From: Eledone cirrhosa
Taxonomy: Eukaryota
Assembly (NCBI GenBank): GCA_964016885.1
Contig: OZ024742.1
Location: 72,912,001 to 72,976,000 of the forward strand
Length of the DNA stretch: 64,000 nt
Reading direction: 5' to 3'
How positions within the stretch are numbered: the first letter of the stretch is position 1; every line of letters begins with the position of its first letter. The notes under the pieces are model-generated. The model saw only the letters and a program-made list of their open reading frames with translations, was not told where the DNA came from and ran no database searches. The position numbers and the translations under genes were made by a program. Shown here piece after piece: positions 24,444-37,475 of the stretch.

Positions 24444-25504
24444 ATTAACATTTAACACTTAATATTCTACCATACTATTTCATTCTAATACCATTATAAT
24501 TTTATCATACCATTATAATTTTATCATACCACACCACATCACACCATGTTGTACCACACCAGACCACATAACACCATGCTATACCATATATATATATGAG
24601 CTCCCCACTCGTTATATTAACTGTATCTCCTCGGTGTTTCGTGAAAGTCTGAGAGATCAGCTATATATTTGTTTACAATTTTTTTTATATTTAGATGGAA
24701 AAGAAGAAAAAGACGACAAAGCAGACAACTAAAATGAAAATGACAACAAAGACAAAGAAGACACGGGAAACGAAGATGACGAAAAGAAGAAGAAAGTATG
24801 ATCTCAGTTCAGTCTAAACCTAATGATTTATAGATATGATCTTAGTTCAGCCTTAACCTAATGACTTGTAGATATGATCTATTTAGGTTTAACTTAAACA
24901 TTCAAAGATATTTGTATATACTTTCGTTGATGTTGGACATTGTTTTTTAGTTATGAAATAGATTATAAGCTACATTATAGGATCACAGTGCATGAGCACA
25001 CTGCTCTTTAAATTAACTTTATCTCCTCAGCACTTTGAAAAGTCTGAGAGATAGGCAACACATGTTTTACATTCTTTGTTTTTTGGTATTTAGATGGCAG
25101 AGGAGAAGATAAAGGCACAGAAGAAGTCAAAGGCACAGAAGAAGTCAAAGGCACAGAAGAAGTCAAAGGCACAGAAGAAGACAAAGAAAATGAACAAGAA
25201 GAACAATTATTATTACTATTATTATTGTTATTATTATTTGTATTATTATAATCAAACTAAGCCACACTACATCAACCCATACCACACCACACCACACTGA
25301 CAAACATTATACCATACCACATTATCCAACACCACACTACGAAACACTGTACAACCTCACATCAGACCATGCTATGAAACAATATACCATACAACACTAT
25401 ATAACAATAGACAACACCACACAAGACTATGAAACACTATACTTTACCACACTATATCACACCACTCAAGCTAGAGAGGATCAACTTTTTTCCTTGAAAG
25501 TAGA

Positions 25505-28330
25505 AAACCTAACTTTAAGCTAAAACCGAACTTTAAAAATAACTTACCCTAACACTTGCACTCACACATGCTCTAACAGTGAACTTAGCACTAACATGAA
25601 AACTAACACAAACACAAAATCTGAAAACTAACATTAAATAGAAAACTAACACAAACACTAACACTAAAACTGACACTAACACTAACCTGAACACCAGCAC
25701 TAAAACTAACACTACCGTAAACACTAATACAAACACTAACACTAACCTGAACACTTACACTAAAACTAACATTAGCACAAACATTAGCCTGAACACTAGC
25801 ACTAAAACTAACACTACCATAAACACTAACACTGACCTGAGCACTAACACTAAAAGTAACACTAACACAAACACTAATCTGAAAACTGATACTAACCAGA
25901 AAACTAAGCTAACATTAACTTCAACACTAAAACAAACACTAACGCTAACAGAGATACTAACACAAATATTAACTAAAAAAAAAAAAAATAACACAATCTC
26001 TAACATTAACCTCAACACTAACACTAAAACTAACATTAACTTGAACACTAACTCTAACCTGAAAACTAAGCTAACATTAACCTGAACACTAACATAAACA
26101 CTAATGCTAACACTAACAGAAATACTAATGCTAACATTAACGCTAACCTTAACACAAAAACAAAGACTAACGCTAACACAATCACTAACACTAATGGAAA
26201 CATCAAACACTAATGCTAACAGAGATACTAACACAAATATTAACACAAAAACAAATACTAACACTAACACAATCTCTAACACTAACCTTAACACTAAAAC
26301 TAACATTAACTTGAACACTAACACTAACCTGAACACTTACACTAAAACTAACACTAACAGAGATACTAACACAAATATTAACACAAAAACAAACACTAAC
26401 ACAATCTCTAACACTAAAACTAACATTAACTTGACCACTAACACTAACCTGAAAACTAAGCTAACATTAACCTGAACACTAACACAAACACTCATGCTAA
26501 CACTAACAGAAATACTAATGCTAACATTAACACAAAAACAAAGACTAACGCTAACACAATCACTAACACTAATGGAACACTAACCTGAACACTAGCACTA
26601 AAACTAACACGAAAACTGATACTAACCAGAAAACTAAGCTAACATTAACCTCAACACTAAAACAAACACTAACATTAACAGAAAAACAAAGACTAGCACT
26701 AACACTAATGGAAACACTAACACTAAAACTAACACTACCGTAAACACTAACACTAAAACTGACATTAACACGAACATTAACCTGAACACTAACACTACCA
26801 TAAACCACTAACCTGAGCACTAACACTAAAAGTAACATGAGCCCTAACCAGAAAACTAACACTAACCAGAAAACTAAGTCAGCATTAACCTGAACACTAA
26901 CACAAACACTAACACTAACAAAAATGCTAACACTAATACAAAATCAAACACTAACACGAACACTAATGGAAACACTAACGCCAACGCTGACACTGATGAA
27001 GATGGCTATGCTGGCACAAACGCTAGCGCAAATGTTGACACAATCGCTTACGCTGACACAAACACTAACGTGAATACTGATGCAGGTGCAAAGGCGAATG
27101 CTGACAAAGACTCTGATGCACACGCTGATGTAACTGCTACACAGACTCTAACGCTGATGTGGACACTGACACAAATACTCACACTGATATGAAAAAAGCA
27201 AATGCAGACACTAATGCAAACACAGACGCAAATGTTGATGCAGATGTTAAAGCAAACGCAAATGCTGACGCAAACGATGACAGCGATGCTAATGTGAACC
27301 TTAACGCAGACGTAAACATTGACGTAGAAGCTAAAGGAAACACTGATGCAAACACTAATGAAAATGCTGACGCAAACGCTGACACAAGAAGCTAACGTAA
27401 ATGCTGACAGAGACGCTAACGTAAACACTGACAGAGACGCTAACGTAAACACTGATGTTAACTGAAACGCTGACACTGATGTAGATGTAAATACTGATGC
27501 TGACACAGACGCGGTCGGAAACGCTGACGTAGAAGCTAACGGAAACACTGACATAGACGTTAAAGGAAACGCTGTCGCAAACGCTAATGCTAATGTGAAT
27601 GCTGATGCAGATGCTGACGCAAATGCTAACCCCTACACAAATGCAAACGCTGACGCTAACACTGACTCAAACACAAATGCAAACGCTGACACTGAGGGAA
27701 ATGCTGACACTGACACAAGTGCTGACGCGGATGCTAATGATAATTGTTTCTACTTTAGGCACAAGGCCAGCAATTACCCAGTGCATTACTGGTACTTTAT
27801 TTTATCGACCCCGTAAGGATGAAAGGCAAAGTCAACCTCAGCGGGATTTGAACTCAGATCGTAAAGGGACGTAACTATGCTGGAAAGCATGGCGTCCGAC
27901 CCTCTACCGATACTGCCAATCCACCGCCCTAATGATAATGCTGACTCAGAAGCTGACGTAGACGTAGGCACTGAAACTAACACTAATGTTGACTCAGACG
28001 CTAAGGGAAATGCTGACACAATCACTATCACCAATGCAGACGCTGACGCAAATGCTGACATAGATGCTGACACTTACGCAAACACTAAGGCTAATCCAAA
28101 CACTAACGCAGATGCTAACACCAGTCTACATAGACACTAACACAAAAGCTTACATAGACGCTTATGCAAATGCTAACGCTGATGCAGACAGTAACGCAAA
28201 CAGTAACTAAGAGTAACAGTTACAGTAACACTAACAGTGACAGTAATGCTAACAGTAACACAGTCACTAACAATAAACTTACCATTAACAGTAAAACTTA
28301 CCCTAACACTAACCCTAAATCTAACATTAA
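25505..28330. repeat. Long degenerate hexamer array grading from (AACACT)n to (GACGCT)n
   Basis: 6-bp periodicity throughout; gives spurious LV/NT/AD-rich ORFs. Confidence 0.85.
27745..27928 (-). mobile_element. Meta-like tRNA SINE with 11-bp TSD
   Basis: Near-identical to 2352-2540; TSD ctaatgataat at 27734-27744 and 27929-27939. Confidence 0.9.
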
Positions 28331-28439
28331 TCCAGAGAAAAAAGTCGATTGCAATCACATTTAAGGTCACTCTTTAAGATATAGAAGATAGGCATTACAT
28401 TTTAATGATTTTAATTTAAAGAGAATCACGCTATATGAT

Positions 28440-31145
28440 GCAACACAATAACACACCACACCACACTAACCTACACTACACCAAACCAGATTATACCATA
28501 CCTTGGTAAATTTATGATAGGTTTCCATGTTATAACTACACCAAACTAAACCATACCAAACTACACCAAACCAAACCACACCATAACAAACTACACCATA
28601 CTACATCACACCATGCTATTGAACTCAGTGTCAAAAATTTTCTTCCTGCTTTTTTTGTCTTTTTTGTGTGTGTGCTTACCACCCAATCTGACATTAAAAG
28701 TGTTCGCAATTAACTATTTTTTGCACATATTATCAATGAAGACTTTGAAACCTGTTGAAAATGACTAGCTTTGTAGAAACAGGAGGGCGGAAAGTGAGTA
28801 GAAATACCATTCACAAAGCTTGTCATTTTTGATTGCAGTGAAAGTCATGTTTGTTGTTAATATGGTAATGGAGGCACATGGCTTAGTGGTTAGAGCATTG
28901 GCCTTGCAATCGAAAGGTTGTGAGTTCAATTCTCAGACCAGGTGGTGTGTTGTTTCCTTGAGCAAGACACTTTATTTCACATTGCTCTAGTTTACTCAGC
29001 TGTAGAAATGAGATGATAGGGACCCCAGTCCCTATCATTCAAACTGCAAAGTGGTCGTGTAGGTGCCACGGCAAAAACCACCCAGCACTCACTGTAAATG
29101 AGGTTGGTGTTAGGAAGGGCATCCAGCTGTAGAAATCAAGCCAGAATCAGTTCCCATCCCACCCTTGCAAGCAGGGAAAAGTGGACGTAAAATGATGATG
29201 ATGATGATGGTAAAAGCATAGTCGGCTGTGAGCATGTTGGAGGTTGGAAAACCATACCACATTAAACTACATCAAACTACACCATACCAAACTACACCAT
29301 ACTACATTACACCATGCTATTAATCTCAGTGAGAACATTTTTCTTCCTGTTTTTTTTTTTCTGTGTGTGTGTGTGCTTACCACCCAATCTGATATCAAAT
29401 GTGCTCACAAATGACTATTTTTTTACACATTATCAATTAATATAACATGGAAACCTATCATTTGCAATAGGTTCCCATGTCATAACTACAACAATCCAAA
29501 CCACACTATAACAAACTACACCATTCTACATCACACCAAGATATTGATCTCAGTGTGAAAAATTTTCTTCCTGATTCTTTTTTTTTTTTTTCGTGTGTTC
29601 TTGCCACCCAATCTGACATCAAAGGTGCTGCAATTGACTATTTTCCGCACATATTATCAATAATTATGACATGGAAAACTGTCGAAAATGACTAGCTTTG
29701 TAGAAAAAAGAGGGAGGATATGGGTGGAAATACCATTTACAAAGCTAGTCATTTTTGATTGCAGCGGAAGTCATTTTTTGTTAATATGCTAAAAGCATAG
29801 TCCACTGCGAGCATCTTGGAAGTTGTATTAGTTGATAGCACATGCAAAAGTGAAGGAAAAAATTTTTTTCTTACATAAATCAAAGTGGAAATTTAATTCC
29901 TTACTTATAACAAAGCACACCACACCACATTAATCTACCCCAAACCACACCATATCAAACAGCACCATATTATGGTAAATTTATTACAGAACACCCACTC
30001 CTATCATTTACATCACACCATGGTATGGACATCAATGTGACAAATTTGCTACCTGCTTTTTTTTTTTTTTTTTTTCTGGTTACCACCCAAACTAACATCG
30101 AAGGTGCTTGCAAATGACTATTTTCCAACATTATCAATGAATATGACATGGGAATCTATCGTTTAGAATTGATTTCTATTTCATAACTTCACCAAACCGA
30201 ACCAAACCACACCATACCAAGTTAAACCATACTACATCCCACCAAGAAAAATTTTCTTCCCGTTTCCTTTTTTTTTGTGTGTGTGCTTACCACCCAATCT
30301 GACATTAAAGGTGCTCCCAATTGACTATTTTTTTCCTCTTATCAATAATTATGACATGGAAACCTGTCGAAAATGATTATCTTTGTAGAAACTTCACCAA
30401 ACCACACCATACTACATCACACCAAGCTATTGATTTTGGTGTGACAAATTTTCATCCGGCAATTTTTTTAATTTTTTTTTTTAATTTTTATTGTGCTTAC
30501 CACCCAATTTGACATAAATGGTGCTCGCAAATTATTATTTTATGCACATATTATCAATGGTTATGACATGAAAACCTGATGAAAATGACTAGCTTTGTAG
30601 AAAAAAGAGGGAGGATGTGGGTGGAAATACCATTTACAAAGCTAGTCATTTTTTATTGCAGCGGAAGTCATATTTTTTGTTAATATGCTAAAAGCATAGT
30701 CCACTGCGAGCATCTTGGAAGTTGATAGCACATGCGAAAATGAAGGAAAAAATGTTTTTCTAACATAAATCAAAGTGGAAATTTAAATCCTCACTTATAA
30801 CAAAGTACACCACAGCACATTAATCTACCCCAATCCACACCATAACCATACTTCACTATATGCTAAATTTATTACAGAACACCTACTCCTACCATTTATA
30901 TCACACCAATGCTCGCAGTTGACTATTTTTTTCACATATTATGAATGAATATAACTTTGAAACCTATCGTCAACCTTTGTAGAAAAATGAAGGCAGAAAG
31001 TGGGTGGAAAAAACCATTCACAAAGCTAGTCATTTTTAATTGCAGTGAAAATCATATTTGTTGTTAATATGCTAAAAAAATAGTCAATTGCAAGCATTTT
31101 GGAGGTCGGTTTAGTTGATAGGACATAAAAAAACAAAGGAAAACA
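28440..31145. repeat. Complex degenerate tandem array (CACCA-rich blocks + cttaccacccaatctgacat modules)
   Basis: Module recurs near 28675, 29375, 29600, 30080, 30285 and 30495; longer block acaaagctagtcattttt recurs near 28815, 29740, 30635 and 31020. Confidence 0.75.
28870..29208 (+). mobile_element. Full-length CORE-type tRNA SINE with (ATG)n tail
   Basis: A box tggcttagtgg, B box gagttcaattc, CORE-like ccttgagcaagacacttt...agctgtagaaatgag; TSD atggtaa. Confidence 0.88.
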
Positions 31146-31299
31146 AATATTGTCTATATGTTCCTGTGGAAAGTCGGGTCTTCTGTATTACTGTGTGACG
31201 CCAGAGGTCATGGTCGTGTGTCATTGCCGTTGAGAGGTGCAATTGGGAGAGGTCGGCTTAGAAATATTTACTTCTGCGTTCACAGATTGATTTTTTTTT

Positions 31300-31351
31300 A
31301 GTTTCAGAAGATCCCATTAAGGGTGAAAGCAGCCGATTCTTTGCTTAAACT
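31300..31351 (+). ncRNA. Hammerhead-like motif with CAGAAGA core
   Basis: AGTTT-CAGAAGA-TCCC-ATTAA-GGGT-GAAA-GCA..TGC-TT-AAACT. Confidence 0.6.
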
Positions 31352-31655
31352 TTAATCTGCTATTTTAATAAATATTTGCTCTACGGTTCTTATATATTTG
31401 ATATATATTTATCCTTATCGAGCCCTCTTTGTGTGTTAGTCTTCAAATTTATTATTATTACTATTTGGCTCCCTTGGTTTATATTCATCATGCAGAAACA
31501 TCTGAATATTTCTACAAAGAACATACCTGTACCAAGCAGGAAGAAATACCTAAAACTACATCTCCACGAACCAAAGTATCGTCTTCCAGTCTTCCTTCAG
31601 TTGCAATGATTTTTTGAAATATTTACTTCTGCGTTCACAGATTTATTTTTTTTTT

Positions 31656-31707
31656 AGTGTCAGAAGATCCCATTAAGGGTGAAAGCAGCCAATTCTTTGC
31701 TTAAACT
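31656..31707 (+). ncRNA. Hammerhead-like motif with CAGAAGA core (copy 2)
   Basis: Same as 31300-31351, with one stem I mismatch. Confidence 0.55.
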
Positions 31708-31851
31708 TTAATCTGTTATTTTAATAGATATTTGCTCTACGGTTCTTATATAATTGATATATATTTATCCATATCGAGCCCTCTTTGGATTTTCGTCTTC
31801 ATATGTATTATTATTACTATATATATATATATGTGTGTGTGTGTATATATA

Positions 31852-32211
31852 TTGAGAGCATTGGCCTTGCAATCGAAAGGTTGTGAGTTCAATTCTCACA
31901 CCGGGTGATGTGTTGTTTCCTTCATACTTTATTTCACATTGCTCCAGTTTACTCAGCTGTAGAAATGAGATGATAGGACTGGGGTCCCTATCATTCCACT
32001 GCAAAGTGGTCGTGGAGGTGCCACGGCAAAAAAGCACCCAGCCCACACTGTAAAGTGGATGTGGAGGTGCCACGGGAAAAAAGCACCCACCACTCACTGT
32101 AAATGAGGTTGGTGTTAGGAAGGGCATCCAGCTGTAGAAATCAAGCCAGAATCAGTTCCTGTCCCACCCTTGCAAGCAGGGAAAAATTGGACGTAAAATG
32201 AAATGATGATG
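31852..32211 (+). mobile_element. CORE-type SINE with internal duplication
   Basis: Matches the 28870 copy; gtggaggtgccacgg..aaaaagcaccca is duplicated. Confidence 0.85.
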
Positions 32212-32515
32212 AATGCTCCCAGCTGTGGTCACCCTATAGTATCAAACTAACCATGGAGCTTGAAGCAATCCAATGAAGCTACACCAAGAAGGTTGCCACG
32301 ATGAAGGAGATAAACTACTGGGAGAGTCTAAAAGAACTGAAACTCTAATCCTCGGAATGAAGACGGGATAGATATGCAATGATATACATATGGAAAATCC
32401 TGGGGGCATTGAGAGCTGGACCAATTCTCAAACAGGACGTCACTGTGTGGTACCAAAGGTCCCGTCTTCCACATCTAGAATCAGGAGCAGCTATTGCAAT
32501 AGCCAGGGGTTCGGC
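32212..32515 (+). mobile_element. CR1-clade LINE 3' fragment (second family)
   Basis: Homologous to the reverse complement of 35400-35710. Confidence 0.75.
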
Positions 32516-32595
32516 CCTCAACATGGTTTTCAAAATTTAAATTTGTGTTTCCTATTCATCAATGCTTCAAGCAAGCTATAAAACTCTGTTATATT

Positions 32596-33150
32596 TCATC
32601 ATCATCATTTTATGTCAGTTCTTCTACGCTAGCATGGGTTGTCCGGTCGCTGACCTTGTCTTGCTCATACGGGAACTGATTCTGTCTTGATTTCTACAGC
32701 TGGATGCCCTTCCTAACACCAACCTCATTTACAGTGAGTGCTGGGTGTTTTTTTTTTTTGGGGCAGTGGAATGATAGGGACCCCAGTCCTATCATCTCAT
32801 CTCATTTCTACAGCTGAGTAAACTGGAGCAATGTGAAATAAAGTGTCTTGCTCAAGGAAACAAGACATCACCCGGTCCGAGAATTAAACTCACAACCTTT
32901 CAATTGCAAGCCCAATGCTCTAATCGCTGAGCCAGGTGCCTTCTATTGTTGGCAATGTTAGGTCAGGTGACCATGTCTTGCTCATAAAGAACTGATTTTG
33001 GCTTGGTTTCTACAGCTGGATGCCCTTCCTAATGCCAAGCTCATTTACAGTGAGTACTGGGTGTTTTTTGTTGTGATTCCTCCACGACTACTTTACAGTG
33101 TGGACTGGGTGTTTTTTACCGTGTCACCATCACGACCACTTTACAGTGTT
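32596..33150 (-). mobile_element. CORE-type SINE copies (one near full, one partial)
   Basis: Reverse complement of the 28870 family (tttctacagctggatgcccttcctaa occurs twice). Confidence 0.8.
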
Positions 33151-33219
33151 TCGGCCTGTTCTCATGAAAGATATATTGGCAGGTGGGATGGAGTGGTGCA
33201 TACTGTATGTATGTTTCAG

Positions 33220-33915
33220 CCTTGGCCTGGGCCCGTGGGAAGTTGGGGTTTCTGTATTACCTCATAACGCCAGAGATCTTGGTCCTGTGTCATTGCCTTT
33301 CAGAGGTGCAATTGGGCAAGGTTGGCTTTTATCACTCCATCTCAAATCTTTCTGGGACTTTATGTAGCTGTGATCCTTCATATGAATCACATGTCCATAC
33401 CAACATAATCTCCTCTCCTGCACACAACATTTGATTCCTCTTATGCCTAGTTTCTCTTTCAGTTTGTTTATGCTTTGCTGTTCGCGTATATTACTATTAC
33501 ACATCCATCGGAGCATACAAGCTTCATTCCTTTCTAATCTACGCAAGTCTTCTACACACAGCGCCCAGCTCTCACTACCATGCAACATTGCCGTTCATAT
33601 GCACACATCATACAGTCTACCTTTTATTCTGAGGGAAAAGCTTTTTGTATCCAGCTGTGGCAGTAGCTCCCTCAACTTCTTCCATCCCGTTCTTTCAGAA
33701 CACCCCCCCCTCCGCTGCTAATTCGGTATTGTTTTTACCCAGTCCTCCCAGACTTTGATGTCACTTGTTTTCAGTGATTGTTTGCTGCTTACTGTCACAT
33801 GTAAAGCCTACATTCTTAACTAAACTTCCTGAGATCCCACTATATCTCTTGTGTACCCATAGTTTGCATATGGGGCAGAGGATGGAGTTTCTACCTACAC
33901 CTCTCCTACATAATG
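33220..33915 (-). mobile_element. RTE-clade LINE 3' fragment
   Basis: MLHGSESWAL..LRRLERNEACMLRWMC...RRLCWYGHV. Confidence 0.8.
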
Positions 33916-33941
33916 AGCACACACACTCACATATATATATA

Positions 33942-34700
33942 TACTAGCCGAATTACCAGCGCCTTGCTGCGTTTCACACATTTTTTTATAAGAAAATGAT
34001 GATTGATTTTAAATCAGTGATATAATTTATGGAGAAAAACTCAATATTACTCAATGTAAAATATAATGCATGAAAAATTGGATACATCATTTTTTGTAAT
34101 ATATCAAATCAAAATTGCATTATTAAATCTTATTCTTATTTTGTTTCTTGTAAATAATTTTTTTCAAAATATCAATTGAAAACTTTTGTGAATAGGCATC
34201 ATATCTTGTCATTTACCTATGGTTTAAGTTTCATATAAATCGAAAGGGAAAAGTTTTCAGCGGGGGTTTGTACCCCCGGGAACCCTAATAGGGGGTTTAA
34301 TGACCATTAAGGTGTCTTATAGTATTGAAATTTTGTGAATAGACATCATATCTCTTCATTTATCTATGGTTTAAATTACATATAAATAGAACTGAAAAAA
34401 TTTTCAGCGGGGATTTGGTGAACCCTAATTGGGGTTTATATGAAATTTAAACCATAGGTAAATTTCATATAAATCGAAGGTAAAGTTTCAGCGGCGGTTT
34501 TGTGCCCCCGATGAACCCTTTGATTAAAATGAAATATACTTATACAAGTACCCTGGGCAATGTAGTTTCAGAATATATATGGTTATTGGGGTCTATCTCC
34601 AAAACCATAGGAGTTCATAAAATCTTGTTCCATTTATTGGCCAAACTTTTCACTATAGGGAGTTTAACCCCCATTAGGGTGTCTTAATATTATTGAAATT
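33942..34700 (-). mobile_element. Non-autonomous Helitron-like element
   Basis: Left end ACTAG plus hairpin CAGC-GCCTT-GCTG; internal tandem modules (tttcatataaatcgaa...tttcagcgg). Confidence 0.5.
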
Positions 34701-34702
34701 TG

Positions 34703-34734
<32 letters not shown>

Positions 34735-35149
34735 CACAAACACACACACACACACATATATATCTATATACACAAACACACACACACACACATATATATA
34801 TATACACAAACACACACACACACACATATATATATATACACACATACACAAACACACACATATTTATATCTTTTAGTAGAGCATTTTAATATTGCCACTC
34901 AATGAAAACCCTTTGTTTGTTTGGAATAAATGAATCTTGAAAATTAGGAGTGCCTGTCAGTGTGTATGGGTTTGTCTACTTAGCATCAATTTACTACCCT
35001 CCCCTACCACTAGAAAATGTATAAATACCACTATATTACAACATTGACAGTCGACTTTTCTGATGATTTCCTCCGAATGAAACAGTTCTAGTCCTGTTGA
35101 AGCCATTTCTATATTAAATATATATATATACTCTTTTAGCTGTTCCAGC

Positions 35150-35720
35150 CATCCGGCTGAGACCATGATTGGGCACTGCCCTTGTTGCTACACATTCTAT
35201 CTCCAGCCTGTGTTGGCTGGCCATTGATGTAAGAGGGAGTTTGTTGCTGCTGCCCTTAGGTTACCTTTGTACCATGATGTGGGCTCATCCGGGATCCTGG
35301 ATAAAAGGGTGTCGAGAAGTTTCTTGAAAATATCCACGGCCACACCATGTAGATCTCTCAAATCCCTCGGCAGTTTGTTGAAGAGTTGAGGGCCTTTAAA
35401 CTCCAGTCTATTGCAATATCTGCTTCTGGTTCTAGATGTGGAAGACGGGACCTTTGTCACCACAGTGACGTCCTGTTCGGGGGTTGGTCCCGCTCTCAAT
35501 ACCAAAGTTTGGCGCTAGTCCCTCCAGGATTTTCCATATGTATATCACTGCGTATCTCTCCCGTCTTCGTTCCAAGGAGTAGAGTTTCAGTTCTTTTAGC
35601 CTCTCCCAGTAGCTCATCTCCCTCATCGTGCAATCCTCTTGGTGTAGCTTCGTTGGATTGTCTCAAGCTCCGTGGTTAGTTTGATACTATGGGGTGACCA
35701 CAGCTGGGAGCAATAGTCCA
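35150..35720 (-). mobile_element. CR1-clade LINE 3' fragment
   Basis: REMSYWERLKELKLYSLERRRERYAVIYIWKILEG; GPQLFNKLP. Confidence 0.85.
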
Positions 35721-35779
35721 GGCGGCTTAGGACAAATGGCCTTCATAGTATCAACATGGTCTCCCGGTCTCTTATATAG

Positions 35780-37475
35780 AAAACCTCAAGTAAAAAGTCA
35801 AGATTTGTTTCGATTTAACAGAGCAGAAAGAATTCGCGTCAGAATATTCCAACCAATCCAGCCTATATCAGCTGAATAAATATGTATATGGAGATATATA
35901 TATATACACACTCACATGCACACATATATATATATATATACACACACACATATATACATATATATATATACACACACATATATATACACTTTTAGCCTCT
36001 TTCTGTACATGTACACACTTGGTGCAGTGTATTCATTTCTAGGTACTGGCTGATACATCACAACAGTCTTTTCCAAGCTTATTGTGACGCCCAAAGTGCT
36101 GCAAGCTGCAGAAAAAGAGTTCATAATATGCTGCATGTCACTTTGTGAGTGTGCAAAAAGATCACAGTCGTCTGCATACAAAAACTCTCGGATTATAGAT
36201 GTTAATACCTTTGTGCTTGTACCAAAGCGCCTGGTGTTGAACAACCTTCCTGAAGTGCGATACCTGATGTAAACCCCATGAGAACAATATTTGAATGCCA
36301 TGAGAAACACTATTGTAAAATATAAGGAAAACAGAGTTGGAGCCGCAATATCGCCCTGCTTCACTCCATTTTCAACTGATATTGGTTCAGAGTGCTACCA
36401 CCAATACTGACCAAAGCCTTCATGTCATCATGGAAAAGATGCAGAATCTTCTACCCTACCTTGGATTTTTTTCCCACAACGCAGTTCGATTGACAGTGTC
36501 AAAGGCCTTTGTCAAGTCAACAAAGACCTGGTAAAAGTCCATACATTGTTCGATACACTTCTCTTGCAGCTGCCGAGCAGAAACGATCATATCCACTGTT
36601 CCTCTTTCGTTTCTGAACCCACACTGCGACTCAGGCAACACATTCAGAGCAACTCTTGGGATCAATCTATCCATCAATATTCGACACAACTTTACCAACT
36701 ACTGAAAGAAGGGATATGACATGATAATTGCCACATTTGTCCTTGCCGTCCTTTCCTTTGTGGAGAATCACCATGAGCGCATCCTTCTTATGGGATATTC
36801 TCATCTTCCTACACCATTTTCATGAGGTCAGTCAGGCGCTGCATGCAGTTTTCACCACCACACTTCAAAACCGTTCCACTCAGACCATCCATACCAGGAG
36901 ACTTACCACAGTTCAGCTTATGCACAACAGAAGTCCCCTCTGCAAGAGAAGATACATTAGCCATCTCATATACTTCACTGGTTCAATAGGAATGGAACAA
37001 ATGAAATCATCATGAACCTGGGATGGTTGGTTTAAGAGCTCATCAAAGTGATCTCTCTATCTGTCGAGTGTCTTTTGGGTCGCGCAGTAATTGCTTGCCA
37101 TCTTTCGATCTCAAAGGGGCCACTGGGGAGCTGAAAGGGCCATACACCTCTGTGAGTAGAAAGTGCGGCAGTTTCACATTGTTGCCGTCAGATGCCACTT
37201 GAACTTCATCTGCTTTGTTGCTCCACCAGGTATTTTGCATAGCCCTGAGTTTCACCTGCACTTCCTTCTTTACCTGTCTGTAACGCTCATAATTGTCACC
37301 AACAGAGCTACCACCTTTAAGAACTGCATCAAGTGCCTTTTGTTTTCTGTCTAGCAAAGCCTTGACCTCCTGGTCATTCTCATCAAACCAGTCCTTGTTT
37401 TCTTGTGACAAAGCCAAGGACCTCTGCTGAAGCCTCATAGACCGAGCTCCTGAAGTCCTTCCAGTTGTTCTCATA
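35780..37475 (-). mobile_element. RTE (BovB-like) LINE internal fragment, split by a microsatellite
   Basis: DWFDEND; LPESQCGFR; FVDLTKAFDTVNR; KQGDIAAPTLF; FLYADD. Confidence 0.9.

Larger units (their letters stand above)
23403..24482 (-). mobile_element. 5'-truncated PLE (Neptune/Penelope-type GIY-YIG) with inverted pLTRs
   Basis: 23403-23799 is inverted at 24085-24482; encloses a GIY-YIG ORF; HHR in both arms. Confidence 0.88.
31260..31790 (+). mobile_element. 356-bp tandem mini-PLE (pLTR + truncated ORF start)
   Basis: 31260-31430 is repeated at 31616-31790; ATG at 31490 gives MQKHLNISTKNIPVPSRKKYLKL, homologous to the PLE N-terminus at 18590. Confidence 0.75.

Noticed and set aside
25533-28370. 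LV-, NT- and AD-rich ORFs
   Set aside because: They are products of a hexamer repeat that is open in several frames on both strands.
28870-28945. tRNA gene
   Set aside because: The A/B boxes belong to a SINE head that continues into the CORE and tail; there is no complete cloverleaf.
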